A stretch of DNA of 42,149 nt from Candidatus Woesearchaeota archaeon (GTDB lineage: Archaea; Nanobdellota; Nanobdellia; Woesearchaeales; WJKR01): NCBI GenBank assembly GCA_014729015.1, contig WJKR01000009.1:1-42149 (forward strand), written 5' to 3'. Under the pieces are notes generated by a model, which did no database searches, had not been told where the DNA came from, and was given only the letters and a program-made list of their open reading frames with translations. Position 1 is the first letter of the stretch. Each line of letters opens with the position of its first letter. Below are positions 26,679 through 35,777 of this stretch, in pieces. The position numbers and the translations under genes were made by a program.

Positions 26679-27238
26679 TCAATCCCTTTCCTGCCGAGAA
26701 TGCCTTTGTTGTAGGGGTGTTCGTGCGCTTTCATCTCCGTCACGTAATCACCGATACTCATGATCTCTTTCGGCGCATACCTGCCTGTCAATACGAGTTC
26801 CATGTTCGCAGGCTTGCTCTTGACCAATTCAATGACCTCGGCGACGGAAACATGACGCAGCTGCAACGCGACGTTCACCTCATCCAGAATCATAACATCG
26901 GTCTGTCCTTCTGCCATCAGCGCTTTCGCCCTTTCCAGTCCGCGCAACGCCCGTTCACAGTCCGCCTCGTCAGGACTGAAATCCTCGTACGAAGGCTCGT
27001 CCTTCGACCCCTTCCCGAACTGCTCGATAGAGAACTTTCCACTAAAACGATCTGGCGCCAACAACTCGCCGATGTACAATCCTCCCTTCAGGAACTGTAC
27101 CATGGACACGTTCAAGCCATGCTCAAGAGCGCGCATCGCGAGCCCTAACGCCGCCGTAGTCTTACCCTTGCCGTTGCCCGTGTAGACATGCACGAGCCCG
27201 AGCTTCTCCCGGAGCGCATCCAGGTTGTCCGCAGTCAT
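26672..27238 (-). CDS. cobO: Cob(I)alamin adenosyltransferase (CobO/BtuR/CobA type)
   Basis: HVYTGNGKGKTTAALG, VQFLKG, ILDEVN, ELVLTGR, DYVTEM, HPY, GIDY. Confidence 0.95.
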   Translation of the reverse strand: MTADNLDALREKLGLVHVYTGNGKGKTTAALGLAMRALEHGLNVSMVQFLKGGLYIGELLAPDRFSGKFSIEQFGKGSKDEPSYEDFSPDEADCERALRGLERAKALMAEGQTDVMILDEVNVALQLRHVSVAEVIELVKSKPANMELVLTGRYAPKEIMSIGDYVTEMKAHEHPYNKGILGRKGIDY

Positions 27239-27240
27239 GT

Positions 27241-29307
27241 TCAAAGCATGCATTTGTCCGAGTCGCAATACTTGTCCGTCACTTCGTGTTCTGCTTCCGT
27301 GAACGCCTCGATAGGTTTGACGTTGCCGCTTAACTCTTCATATACTTCCTTGCTGATCGGGATGTACGGCGCCTGCTCATAGCCGTGATCCTTCCGCGGC
27401 AGGAAGCTGACGCCCTTCAGCCTACTCTCATAGAGTTCCAGCGCTTCCTTGATATTCTTCCCTTCTTCTTCCGAGAATGTGACGGTGACGGAGACCTGGT
27501 TGTCCGCCCAGTGCTCCTGTATCTGCGCGGCGTTCTCCAATTGCTCCCACATCGGCACCTTGTCCACGCTGCGGTCGAAGTACTCTTCCTTGACTGGGAA
27601 GCTGACGACCCACGTGTTCAATGAGTACTTGTCCTTCTCGCACTTGTATCCTGCTGCGCGCAACTGGTCGAGGAGCTTGCTGCCTTCCTGGAAGCGGATG
27701 TTCCTGATATAGTACTGCGCGACCGGGTAGTGGATGCCCGGCGTCACCCCGGCCAGCAAGGACACGGTGCCGCTCGGCTTGATACTCGTCGTTTTGATGG
27801 ATCGGGGCACGCACAGCCATTCCGAGTACACCTTGTCGTAGTGCTGTATTTTCTCGTACCCCTTGTTACACGCGTCCAGCACTTGCCGCCTGCCGAACTT
27901 GGTGAACGCTTGTGTGATACCGGACATGCTGCACCCGATACGCCGGTTGCGGAGCATGACCGCGTTGGTCAGCTTGTTGTGCGTCGGTACGAGCGTGACG
28001 GTCTTCGCGTACAGGTACGCGTACTTCAGCGTCTCCACCCATTCTTCCGTTGTGTCATGATTGGAGGGATACGTCTCCACCAAGCAGCACAGCTCGTACG
28101 GTTCGAGGGTCTGTTCCAGGCATGGATTGCCGCCCATGGCACGGATGTCCTTGTAGTCGGGCTTGCGGCCCATGCGCGAGAATTTCTGCGCGTTGTCCAG
28201 CCACATGTAGCCTGGCTCGCCGTTCTTCGCTGTCCGCTCCGCGACGTCGGTGTAGTCCATGCCGACGTGTGCGAAGACGCTGTTGTTGCTGGCCCACCGG
28301 TGGTGCATGAGCGCCTCTCGGTGCTGCTCAGGGTCCTTGAGCGACATGAATTCCTTGTCGTCGTGCTCGCCGAACATGATCTCTGCCGTCCTGCGCACGC
28401 CTCCTGAGACGACGCATCGGCCGACGAGGTTAAAGACGTCCACGATGTCGCCTGACGTGATCTTCTGCCCTATCCGCTGGTCGAGGATGTCTTTGATGCT
28501 GTCGACCATCTCGATGAGCGGTCCTGGTCCTGAGGCGACGCCGCCGAAGCTCTTGATGGGTGCGCCCATCGGCCTGACCTGGTCGTAACTGATTTTGGCA
28601 GGCATCTTGCCTTCGCTGGAATACGCGTTGAGTACGGTCCGCAGCAGCTCGATCCATCCTTCCCTGCTGTCTTCCACGACGAAGAGCTTGTCCTCTATCT
28701 CTGGTTTCTGGATGGTGATCTTCCCGGTCCCTTTGGTGTCGCCGCCGACGCCGACGCCGAGCATGCTCATGTCCATGAGGAAGCAGAATGGCTCTGCGAA
28801 GTTGATGTGGATGTGCTCTGTCGAGCAGAACGCGCAGTTGTTCAGCGCTGCGCCGCCTCTCCTGTACATGTAGTCGGTGCCCATCATCCACAACCCCCTG
28901 CCCGGGGGGGTGAACTTGAATTCCCACATGAGCTCGAACATCCTCTGCGCGCTTTTTTGCGCTTTTTCCTCGAACCAGGGGAGTTGGTTGACCATGCAAT
29001 GGTTTTTCTGGATGGTGAAGACTCCTTCGACGACTCGCTTCACGGTCTGCCAGTATTCTTCCATGTCGCCGTCCGCAATCGATCGCGCGTAGCTTCGTTT
29101 GTACGTGACGTAGCCGATGGGCCCCCACTTCGGTTGTTTGCTCTTGTACTGGTTCGTAAAGCTTTCGTGGAGCGTGAAGAACACGCTTTGCGGCGCTGTC
29201 TTGTCTTGGTACTTGCTGGCGTTGACGCCGTAGTCGATCATGGTTCGCTGTTCCCGTACGTCTGTCATGTCGTTGTTCACCTTTGCTTGTTCATTCTGTG
29301 AGAGCAT
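27241..29307 (-). CDS. nrdJ: Class II (adenosylcobalamin-dependent) ribonucleotide reductase, monomeric RTPR type
   Basis: PPGRGLW, ALNNCAF, MLGVGVG, VVSGGVRRTA, GNPCLEQ (thiyl Cys), RNRRIG, SIKPSGTVS, WADNQVSVT, C-terminal CDSDKC. Confidence 0.95.
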   Translation of the reverse strand: MLSQNEQAKVNNDMTDVREQRTMIDYGVNASKYQDKTAPQSVFFTLHESFTNQYKSKQPKWGPIGYVTYKRSYARSIADGDMEEYWQTVKRVVEGVFTIQKNHCMVNQLPWFEEKAQKSAQRMFELMWEFKFTPPGRGLWMMGTDYMYRRGGAALNNCAFCSTEHIHINFAEPFCFLMDMSMLGVGVGGDTKGTGKITIQKPEIEDKLFVVEDSREGWIELLRTVLNAYSSEGKMPAKISYDQVRPMGAPIKSFGGVASGPGPLIEMVDSIKDILDQRIGQKITSGDIVDVFNLVGRCVVSGGVRRTAEIMFGEHDDKEFMSLKDPEQHREALMHHRWASNNSVFAHVGMDYTDVAERTAKNGEPGYMWLDNAQKFSRMGRKPDYKDIRAMGGNPCLEQTLEPYELCCLVETYPSNHDTTEEWVETLKYAYLYAKTVTLVPTHNKLTNAVMLRNRRIGCSMSGITQAFTKFGRRQVLDACNKGYEKIQHYDKVYSEWLCVPRSIKTTSIKPSGTVSLLAGVTPGIHYPVAQYYIRNIRFQEGSKLLDQLRAAGYKCEKDKYSLNTWVVSFPVKEEYFDRSVDKVPMWEQLENAAQIQEHWADNQVSVTVTFSEEEGKNIKEALELYESRLKGVSFLPRKDHGYEQAPYIPISKEVYEELSGNVKPIEAFTEAEHEVTDKYCDSDKCML

Positions 29308-29761
29308 TTTCTTTGTTCTCGTTCACGAGCTGTTTGAGCTCGTCATGGAACGAGCTGAGGTCTTCGAAGTCACGGTACACTGACGCGAACCTGAGGTATG
29401 CGATGTTGTCGATCTTCTTGAGTCGTCGCATGACCATCTCGCCGATGTGCGTGCTTTTGACCTCGTTCTTCTTGTGGTTGAGGAGTTTGGTCTCTATCTC
29501 TTCCGTGGTTTTTTTGAGTTGTTCGAGCGTGACCGGCCGCTTCTCGCATGCGCGCATCATGCCGTCCAGTATTTTTTCTTTGTCGAATGCTTCCTTGCTG
29601 CCGTTCTTCTTGATGACGAAGATGTTGGTGAGCTCTATTTCCTCGTACGTGGTGTACCGCTTGCCGCATTTGAGGCATTCTCTTCTGCGGCGCGTGGTGT
29701 TCTCTGTCTCGCGTGTCTCTAACACTTTTGATTCCGTGTATTTGCAGTAGGGGCAGCGCAT
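29291..29761 (-). CDS. nrdR: Transcriptional repressor NrdR
   Basis: MRCPYC...RRRRECLKC zinc ribbon, ATP cone, AYLRFASVYRDF. Confidence 0.97.
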   Translation of the reverse strand: MRCPYCKYTESKVLETRETENTTRRRRECLKCGKRYTTYEEIELTNIFVIKKNGSKEAFDKEKILDGMMRACEKRPVTLEQLKKTTEEIETKLLNHKKNEVKSTHIGEMVMRRLKKIDNIAYLRFASVYRDFEDLSSFHDELKQLVNENKENALTE

Positions 29762-29792
29762 GTTTTTGCACCGTTTTTGTCGTTGGTCAGTG

Positions 29793-29840
29793 ATACTATG
29801 AGTAGTGTTGTTGTTTCATCTCAAACACTATATCTAGTGT
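29793..29840. promoter_or_regulatory. Tandem NrdR boxes
   Basis: ACACTATATCTAGTGT (29825-29840) and ATACTATGAGTAGTGT (29793-29808), 32 bp apart, matching the bacterial consensus acaCwAtATaTwGtgt. Confidence 0.88.
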
Positions 29841-29859
29841 TTCTTAACATGGGTGCTCC

Positions 29860-29870
29860 TTTATAAATAT
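29860..29870 (-). promoter_or_regulatory. TATA box of the nrdR-nrdJ-cobO operon
   Basis: ATATTTATAAA on the minus strand about 20 bp upstream of the distal NrdR box. Confidence 0.6.
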
Positions 29871-30062
29871 TGTTGGATTTGAGTGGGGAGTTCAGAACAT
29901 ATACGATTTTTTTATGCGTATTTTGATAGTTATGCTGCACAATTATTTTCTCTAGATAACAATGGTGTTTCTTCGTCTGGCCCGCGTTTCTTTGCCAAAA
30001 ACTTCTGCGTATGCGCAAAAAGCAATTCTTATAAATGCTGCTCATGTATCGTTTTTATCACC

Positions 30063-30860
30063 ATGGGTGGACAACAGGAACGGGCCAGGGCGCTCTTGCA
30101 AGGCTTGACCAAGAAGCGACACATCATCTTCGTAGAGAAAGGGAACGCGGCGATCAAGCAAGCGTTGCGCCTCGCCAAAGAGCGAGGAAGGACGGCGTTG
30201 TTGATCCCTGACCAAGGGGGATGGCTGACGTATCCGCGGTTCGGGAAGCAGCTAGGGTTCACAGTGAAGGAAATCCTGACCGATCGTAGTTATATTACAC
30301 CAGAAATGATACAAGGCGATGCTACGACTGTATTATTATTGAACTCCATGCCTGCTTATGCGTTCACTATTCCTGTTGCTGACATCGCAAAAAAATGCGA
30401 AGAGAAAAACGTTCTCTTCATCAATGATGTTTCCGCGACGATCGGCGCGCCAGAAGCAACCTATGGTGACATCATCATCGGCAGCTGCAATCGATGGAAG
30501 CCGTTGCCGTTGGGAAAAGGAGGATTCATCGCGACCGATTATTTTTTAGAACAAGAGGAACCGTCATTAGATTATGCAAAACTTGTTCAGTTATTGGAAA
30601 CGTTGCCTGAACGATGCACGAAAGCATTCCATGCAGCCAACAAGCTCAAATTATTTTTAGAAAAGTATGATATTATTCGTTCCGACCATAAGGGTTACAA
30701 TGTCATCGTCGCTTGCAAGGAGGAAGAGAAGGAAAGATTAATAAACTTGGTCAAAGACTTCGATGCATCAATAGAGCATACTGATTGCCCACGGTATATC
30801 CGTGTTTTGGAACCAGGAATCAGTTTCGAGATTAAGAGAAGATTCAACGATGGTGTGTAA
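30063..30860 (+). CDS. Short PLP-dependent fold-I (DegT/DnrJ-like) protein
   Basis: GNAAIKQAL, FINDVSATIG, GDIIIGSCNRWKPLPLGKGG (PLP lysine); start ATG 30063. Confidence 0.7.
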   Translation: MGGQQERARALLQGLTKKRHIIFVEKGNAAIKQALRLAKERGRTALLIPDQGGWLTYPRFGKQLGFTVKEILTDRSYITPEMIQGDATTVLLLNSMPAYAFTIPVADIAKKCEEKNVLFINDVSATIGAPEATYGDIIIGSCNRWKPLPLGKGGFIATDYFLEQEEPSLDYAKLVQLLETLPERCTKAFHAANKLKLFLEKYDIIRSDHKGYNVIVACKEEEKERLINLVKDFDASIEHTDCPRYIRVLEPGISFEIKRRFNDGV

Positions 30861-30862
30861 CG

Positions 30863-31279
30863 ATGGACTGCAAAGAACCAGAATCAATGGATGAACTCAT
30901 CTACTTTTCCCGAAGAACGTTAGAGCCTAAAGGCAAAGCTATGGCGTGGGCGTACAAGCAGGAGTGTCCGAAGTGTAAAAAGGCGTTGATGGGCAAGCCG
31001 GTGGAGAAAGGCAAGATCAAGATACGGGCAACCGAGTATGTCTGTCCTGCGTGCGGCTATGCCAAGCCAAAACTTGAGCACGAGAAGGAACTCGTGATGT
31101 GTATCAAATATATGTGTCCGAAATGTGATCATGAAGGTGTGGGTACTACTGGCTATCCGATGAAGACGTATCAGGGCGTCAAGGCTCGTGTTGTGCAGTG
31201 CGAGGCGTGCGGCGAGAAGATTGCCATCACGAAGAAGATGAAGGATCCGAAGAAGAAAGGCGCCGTGGATGACGATTAA
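30863..31279 (+). CDS. Double zinc-ribbon protein
   Basis: Four CxxC pairs (CPKC, CPAC, CPKC, CEAC); basic. Confidence 0.8.
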   Translation: MDCKEPESMDELIYFSRRTLEPKGKAMAWAYKQECPKCKKALMGKPVEKGKIKIRATEYVCPACGYAKPKLEHEKELVMCIKYMCPKCDHEGVGTTGYPMKTYQGVKARVVQCEACGEKIAITKKMKDPKKKGAVDDD

Positions 31280-31395
31280 TATTTTTTGAGATAGTTCTTT
31301 GGTTTGAACTCTCTAACCTTGCCTTTTTTTGCCTGCCTAAGCGAGCGAAGCATACTTTTGAGAAACTCGTTTTGTTCTTTGATGTCTTCTTTCAT
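31276..31395 (-). CDS. Small antitoxin-like peptide (39 aa)
   Basis: MKEDIKEQNEFLKSMLRSLRQAKKGKVREFKPKNYLKKY; GAGG RBS; downstream of the RelE remnant. Confidence 0.45.
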   Translation of the reverse strand: MKEDIKEQNEFLKSMLRSLRQAKKGKVREFKPKNYLKKY

Positions 31396-31526
31396 TGTTT
31401 TTCCTCTAGCGTAAAGTCTGTCATTTCCTTTGCGATTGCTTTACAGAGCTTTTCTCTTTCCTTAACCAGTTCTTCTTTCATCGTTATGTTGTGGTGTTTT
31501 GTCGCTTATATTATTTGTCCTTTCGT

Positions 31527-31757
31527 TTAAAAATAATATGATGTTATCGATTTCTTTCCTAATGTATGTGATGGTCTTCTCTTGGTCTTTCCTTGTTTTA
31601 GTTCTCTAAACCATGTTCTACCAAGTGGTTTTCCTTTGTTGAATGGGTTTTGTCGTACTTCTTCGAGTTGTTTTATGAATCTTTTTCGGATATGAACAGG
31701 GAGTTTGTTGAATTGCTTGGTGAATTCAGGTGTTTCGATAATGGTATATTTTTGCAT
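31527..31757 (-). pseudogene. RelE/ParE-family toxin, internally deleted and frameshifted
   Basis: YTIIETPEFTKQFNKLP...NPFNKGKPLGRTWFRELK, then loss of the central R-x-x-Y strands; a KDQEKTITYI helix continues in another frame. Confidence 0.65.
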
Positions 31758-31875
31758 TATCTGTTGTTGTTTATTTAAGGGGCTTTTTGGTTGTTTTTCA
31801 AATACTGTTCGTTTTTGTCAGAAATCATTTTACGACGACTAAACCTTTTTAAACAACGGTGACTTCTTGGCTCGT

Positions 31876-32253
31876 ATGGTTGAGTATTTCCCGAACCCTG
31901 AGGATGACGAATCACAGCAGGAAAAGAACAGGGAGTTCGAGGAGATCCATGCATCTGACAAGGACGTGACCTGGACACAGGACCCGAAGAGTTACATCAC
32001 CATCATGCCGTATCCCCGCAAGCAGAAGATCATGGCGAGGATCTATTCTGTCAAGAACGAGAAGCTGTACCTCATCGACGGCGACACGCCAAAGCAAGTG
32101 TATTACAAGATCATCGCCATGGGTCTCGTCACCAGGATGGAGCACGCAGCGTATCTGGGGAAGGAGCTGCAGAAAGCGTACGTCGCATTAAAGCATGGCT
32201 TGTATTTCAACCAGGATGACGAGCTGGACTTCAACAAGAAGATCAAGGATTAG
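31876..32253 (+). CDS. DUF4346 domain protein
   Basis: QDPKSYITI, HAAYLGKELQKAYVALKHGLYFNQD. Confidence 0.85.
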   Translation: MVEYFPNPEDDESQQEKNREFEEIHASDKDVTWTQDPKSYITIMPYPRKQKIMARIYSVKNEKLYLIDGDTPKQVYYKIIAMGLVTRMEHAAYLGKELQKAYVALKHGLYFNQDDELDFNKKIKD

Positions 32254-33116
32254 TCTGCGAAGTGCTGGTGCGTGAACCTGACGGTGCGCATGTTGTGGTC
32301 GATGTCTTTCTTCAGGCTGTTGATGCTGTGGAAGTGGTTGTCGACGTGCTCGTTGTCCGAGAAGATGCTCTCGCTCTCTTCGCGCTTGCCGAACACGGTC
32401 TGCTCGAGCATGACCGGGATTTGCTTGAGGTATTCCCAGTCTTTCTTTGTCATCTTCTTGTGGGGCATCTCATTGATGACGTCGACGATGTTCTCCAGCT
32501 TCTTGCAGATGTCCCGATAGCACAATATCTCCTCGTCGTACGTGATGTTGTTCTCCCTCCGCACCTTGTGGTTGCGCAACGAGGCGAAGATGATCCTTTT
32601 CGAAAGGATGTAGAGCTTGTCCACGGACATCTCGATGTCGTCGACCGTCTCTTGCTTGCCTTGCTCCGCCGCTTCGATCATGAGTTTGGACAGGTAGATT
32701 ATGCGACGCATGATTTTTTGCAAGGTGATGTTGAACTCGTTGAACAAGAATGCTACTTCTAGGTGGCCGTCTCCTTCTTGGACGACGTCGTAGCCTTCGA
32801 GGTAGGGGAGTGTTTTTTTGAGTTCCATTACTTTTTCGTAATCGTATTCTTCCCAGAAGAAGCGGATGTTGTTCACGTTCTTCTCATAGCAGTACATGAT
32901 GAAGTCCGTGATGTTCTTGATGCCTTCCAGCTTGAACGAGACGCTCTCTTGTTCTTGCTGCGGCTGGTTGCCTGCGGTGATGATGAGTGTGTTATCGGGT
33001 GCTTCGTTGATGCAGATGGTGTCTTGTGCTTTGAGCTTGTTGCGCACCACCCATTCTTTTGGGAGTGATGTTGCGAAGCTCCTGTTCCCCACCACCTGAA
33101 TCTTCCTCACTTCCAT
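32250..33116 (-). CDS. Phosphate uptake regulator (AbrB-like N-terminus plus PhoU-like helices)
   Basis: MEVRKIQVVGNRSFATSLPKEWV...L..D N-terminus; helical PhoU-like region VDKLY, LENIVD. Confidence 0.85.
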   Translation of the reverse strand: MEVRKIQVVGNRSFATSLPKEWVVRNKLKAQDTICINEAPDNTLIITAGNQPQQEQESVSFKLEGIKNITDFIMYCYEKNVNNIRFFWEEYDYEKVMELKKTLPYLEGYDVVQEGDGHLEVAFLFNEFNITLQKIMRRIIYLSKLMIEAAEQGKQETVDDIEMSVDKLYILSKRIIFASLRNHKVRRENNITYDEEILCYRDICKKLENIVDVINEMPHKKMTKKDWEYLKQIPVMLEQTVFGKREESESIFSDNEHVDNHFHSINSLKKDIDHNMRTVRFTHQHFAD

Positions 33117-33250
33117 GGTATAGAACCTTTTTGTTGAAGTATATAAATTTTTTTATAAAAAAATAGTTTTTTGTTAATTGTTGTTTGCTAGTTTCTTATG
33201 TAATATATAAAAAAATATAAATGGCTGCTATATAATTTCTTTACTTTTTT

Positions 33251-33382
33251 TTAGTTCCAACCATCCCAGAGATCATCAGTATCAATAACACGTACGTCTA
33301 ATATTTGAATAGTATACGCGTCGAGAAAGTTAATATCCTCATCCATAAGTAGCTGGCCTTCTTTCGTCCTGTATAAAAGCAT
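33251..33382 (-). CDS. Small acidic protein (43 aa)
   Basis: MLLYRTKEGQLLMDEDINFLDAYTIQILDVRVIDTDDLWDGWN; GGGTGG RBS. Confidence 0.5.
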   Translation of the reverse strand: MLLYRTKEGQLLMDEDINFLDAYTIQILDVRVIDTDDLWDGWN

Positions 33383-33539
33383 TCTTTACCACCCTATAAA
33401 AGTCTGTATTTACCACCCTTTGCCCAATGCATAAAATAATAAGCTGAGGAACTATGTTACACAAAAAAAAGTAGTCACTTGCTCTATACCTTTATTGAAT
33501 ACGAATCTTTAAATACGATGTTCTGTCCTCACATCACGG

Positions 33540-35693
33540 GTGATTCCTTTCAAAAAAATTCTTGTGACCTCGGCATTGCCGTACGTGAACAACGTGCCGC
33601 ACCTCGGCAACCTCATCGGAGCAGTCCTGTCGGCAGACGTGTATGCGCGTTTCGCCAAGTCCTATTATGGTGAAGAGAACGTGCTGTATATTTGCGGTGC
33701 TGATGAGCACGGCACGACGACCGAGATGAAGGCGAAGGAAGAAGGATTGTCGCCGCAACAGCTCTGCGACAAGTATTACAAGATCCACAAGGACATCTAT
33801 GACTGGTTCAGTATCGATTTTGACATCTTTGGCAGGACCGCGCATCCGACCCAGGTCAAGAATGCTCAGGCCATTTTTACCAAGCTGTACGACAACGGCT
33901 ACGTCGTCGAGGACGAATTGGAGCAGACCTATGATGAGCAGGCAAAACAATTCCTCGCTGACCGCTATGTTGAGGGGACGTGTCCGCACTGCAAGTTCGA
34001 AGGCGCGCGCGGCGACCAATGCGATGGCTGCGGCAAGATGCTGAATCCGAAAGAGTTGCTTAACCCTGTTTCAAAAATTACTGGTACGACGCCGGTGATC
34101 AAGAAGGTCAAGCATTTATTCTTGGACTTGGAGAAACTGCAGCCTTTGCTAGAAGCATGGGTGAATGAGCAATCAGTGGCGGGCGCGTGGGCCACGAACG
34201 CGAAGAACGTCACCCAGGGCTGGCTCAAGGAAGGATTGAAGAAAAGATGTATTACTCGCGATCTCAAATGGGGCATTCCTGTTCCTTTGCAAGGGTGGGA
34301 AAACAAGATTATTTACGTTTGGTTTGAGGCTCCCATAGGGTATATCTCCATCACTGAACAATTGCTCGGGGAAAAGTATGATGAGTGGTGGCAAAATCCT
34401 GAGCATGTCAGGCTCGTCCAGTTCATGGGCAAAGACAACATTCCGTTCCACACCATCTTGTTCCCAGCGACATTACTTGGTACAAAAGACCAATGGACCT
34501 TGGTGCATCATCTCTCAAGTACTGATTACTTGAACTATGAGGACGGCAAGTTCTCGAAATCAAACAAGCTTGGCGTGTTCGGTGATGACGCGCAAAAGAC
34601 TGGTCTGCCAGCAGACACGTTCAGGTATTACCTCTTGTCTGTCCGGCCAGAGACCTCTGACACCCAGTTCAGCTGGCATGACTTCGGCGAGCACGTGAAC
34701 AACGAGCTCGTCGCGACATTAGGCAATCTCATCAACCGGACGTTGGTGTTCATCAGGAATTATGCTGACAGTAAAATTGCTGAACAAGTTCCACCTGATC
34801 CTTTCTGGGACTCTGTCAAGAAGAAAGAGACTACCGTGACACGATTATTGGAACAAGTGAAGCTTCGTGATGGTTTGCAGGCGGTCATGGATGTCGCGCG
34901 AGAAGGCAATCAATACTTTCAAGCAGCGCAGCCATGGAAGACCATCAAGGAAAAACCGGAACAAGCGCACCGATCATTGTATTACTTGGCGCACCTGTGC
35001 AAAGACCTCGCCATCTTGTTGCAACCATTCTTGCCAAGCACGAGCAAGAGCATCTTCTCGCAACTAGGCATCGAGGAAAGAGCATGGGACGACCTTGGCG
35101 TGTTGGACCTCGGCGGCCAAATCATTAAGGAACCACGACACCTCTTCAAGACCATAAAAGAGGAAAGGATCGAGGAGTTGCGCGAGCGGTTCAGCGGCAA
35201 GCAAGGAACAACGCCTGAGGACGCGTTCAAGACGTTTGACTTGCGCGTCGCGAAGATAACGCGGGTGGAGCAGCACCCGGACGCCGAGAAGTTGTACGTC
35301 GAGACGCTCGATGTCGGCTCTTTAGGGGAAAAGAAGATCGTGTCAGGCCTGAAAGGCCATTATGCGCCTGAGGACTTGGTAGGCAAGCACATCATCTTGG
35401 TCGCGAACCTCAAACCAGCGAAGCTGCGCGGCGTGGTGAGCCAAGGCATGCTCTTGGCGGCAGAGGACGACAACGACAACGTCGGGCTGGTGCTAGCACC
35501 CCATGCGAAGCCAGGGGACGCCGTCACCCTGCCCGGCATGACGCCCAACCCGAAGGGGCAGGTAGACATCAAGGCGTTCTTCAGCGTGACCATCGACGCC
35601 GCCAAGGACGGCGCGTCAGTGGGTGGCAAGCCGTTGCTCGCCGCAGACGAGCCAGTGGTCATCGACAAGGGCGTCGTCGGGCAAGTCCGCTGA
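33540..35693 (+). CDS. metG: Methionine--tRNA ligase with C-terminal tRNA-binding (EMAP-like) domain
   Basis: SALPYVNNVPHLGN, ADEHG, zinc knuckle CPHC/CDGC, YVWFEAPIGY, GKDNIPFH, KFSKS; C-terminal HPDAEKLY, NLKPAKLRGVVSQGMLL. Confidence 0.98.
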   Translation: MIPFKKILVTSALPYVNNVPHLGNLIGAVLSADVYARFAKSYYGEENVLYICGADEHGTTTEMKAKEEGLSPQQLCDKYYKIHKDIYDWFSIDFDIFGRTAHPTQVKNAQAIFTKLYDNGYVVEDELEQTYDEQAKQFLADRYVEGTCPHCKFEGARGDQCDGCGKMLNPKELLNPVSKITGTTPVIKKVKHLFLDLEKLQPLLEAWVNEQSVAGAWATNAKNVTQGWLKEGLKKRCITRDLKWGIPVPLQGWENKIIYVWFEAPIGYISITEQLLGEKYDEWWQNPEHVRLVQFMGKDNIPFHTILFPATLLGTKDQWTLVHHLSSTDYLNYEDGKFSKSNKLGVFGDDAQKTGLPADTFRYYLLSVRPETSDTQFSWHDFGEHVNNELVATLGNLINRTLVFIRNYADSKIAEQVPPDPFWDSVKKKETTVTRLLEQVKLRDGLQAVMDVAREGNQYFQAAQPWKTIKEKPEQAHRSLYYLAHLCKDLAILLQPFLPSTSKSIFSQLGIEERAWDDLGVLDLGGQIIKEPRHLFKTIKEERIEELRERFSGKQGTTPEDAFKTFDLRVAKITRVEQHPDAEKLYVETLDVGSLGEKKIVSGLKGHYAPEDLVGKHIILVANLKPAKLRGVVSQGMLLAAEDDNDNVGLVLAPHAKPGDAVTLPGMTPNPKGQVDIKAFFSVTIDAAKDGASVGGKPLLAADEPVVIDKGVVGQVR

Positions 35694-35777
35694 TGCCCGT
35701 CGTACACCATAGAAAACTATATAAATGCCGGGTTCGGGGGTAATCCTTGTATTTTCATACGAGAAAGAGGTGGCTCT

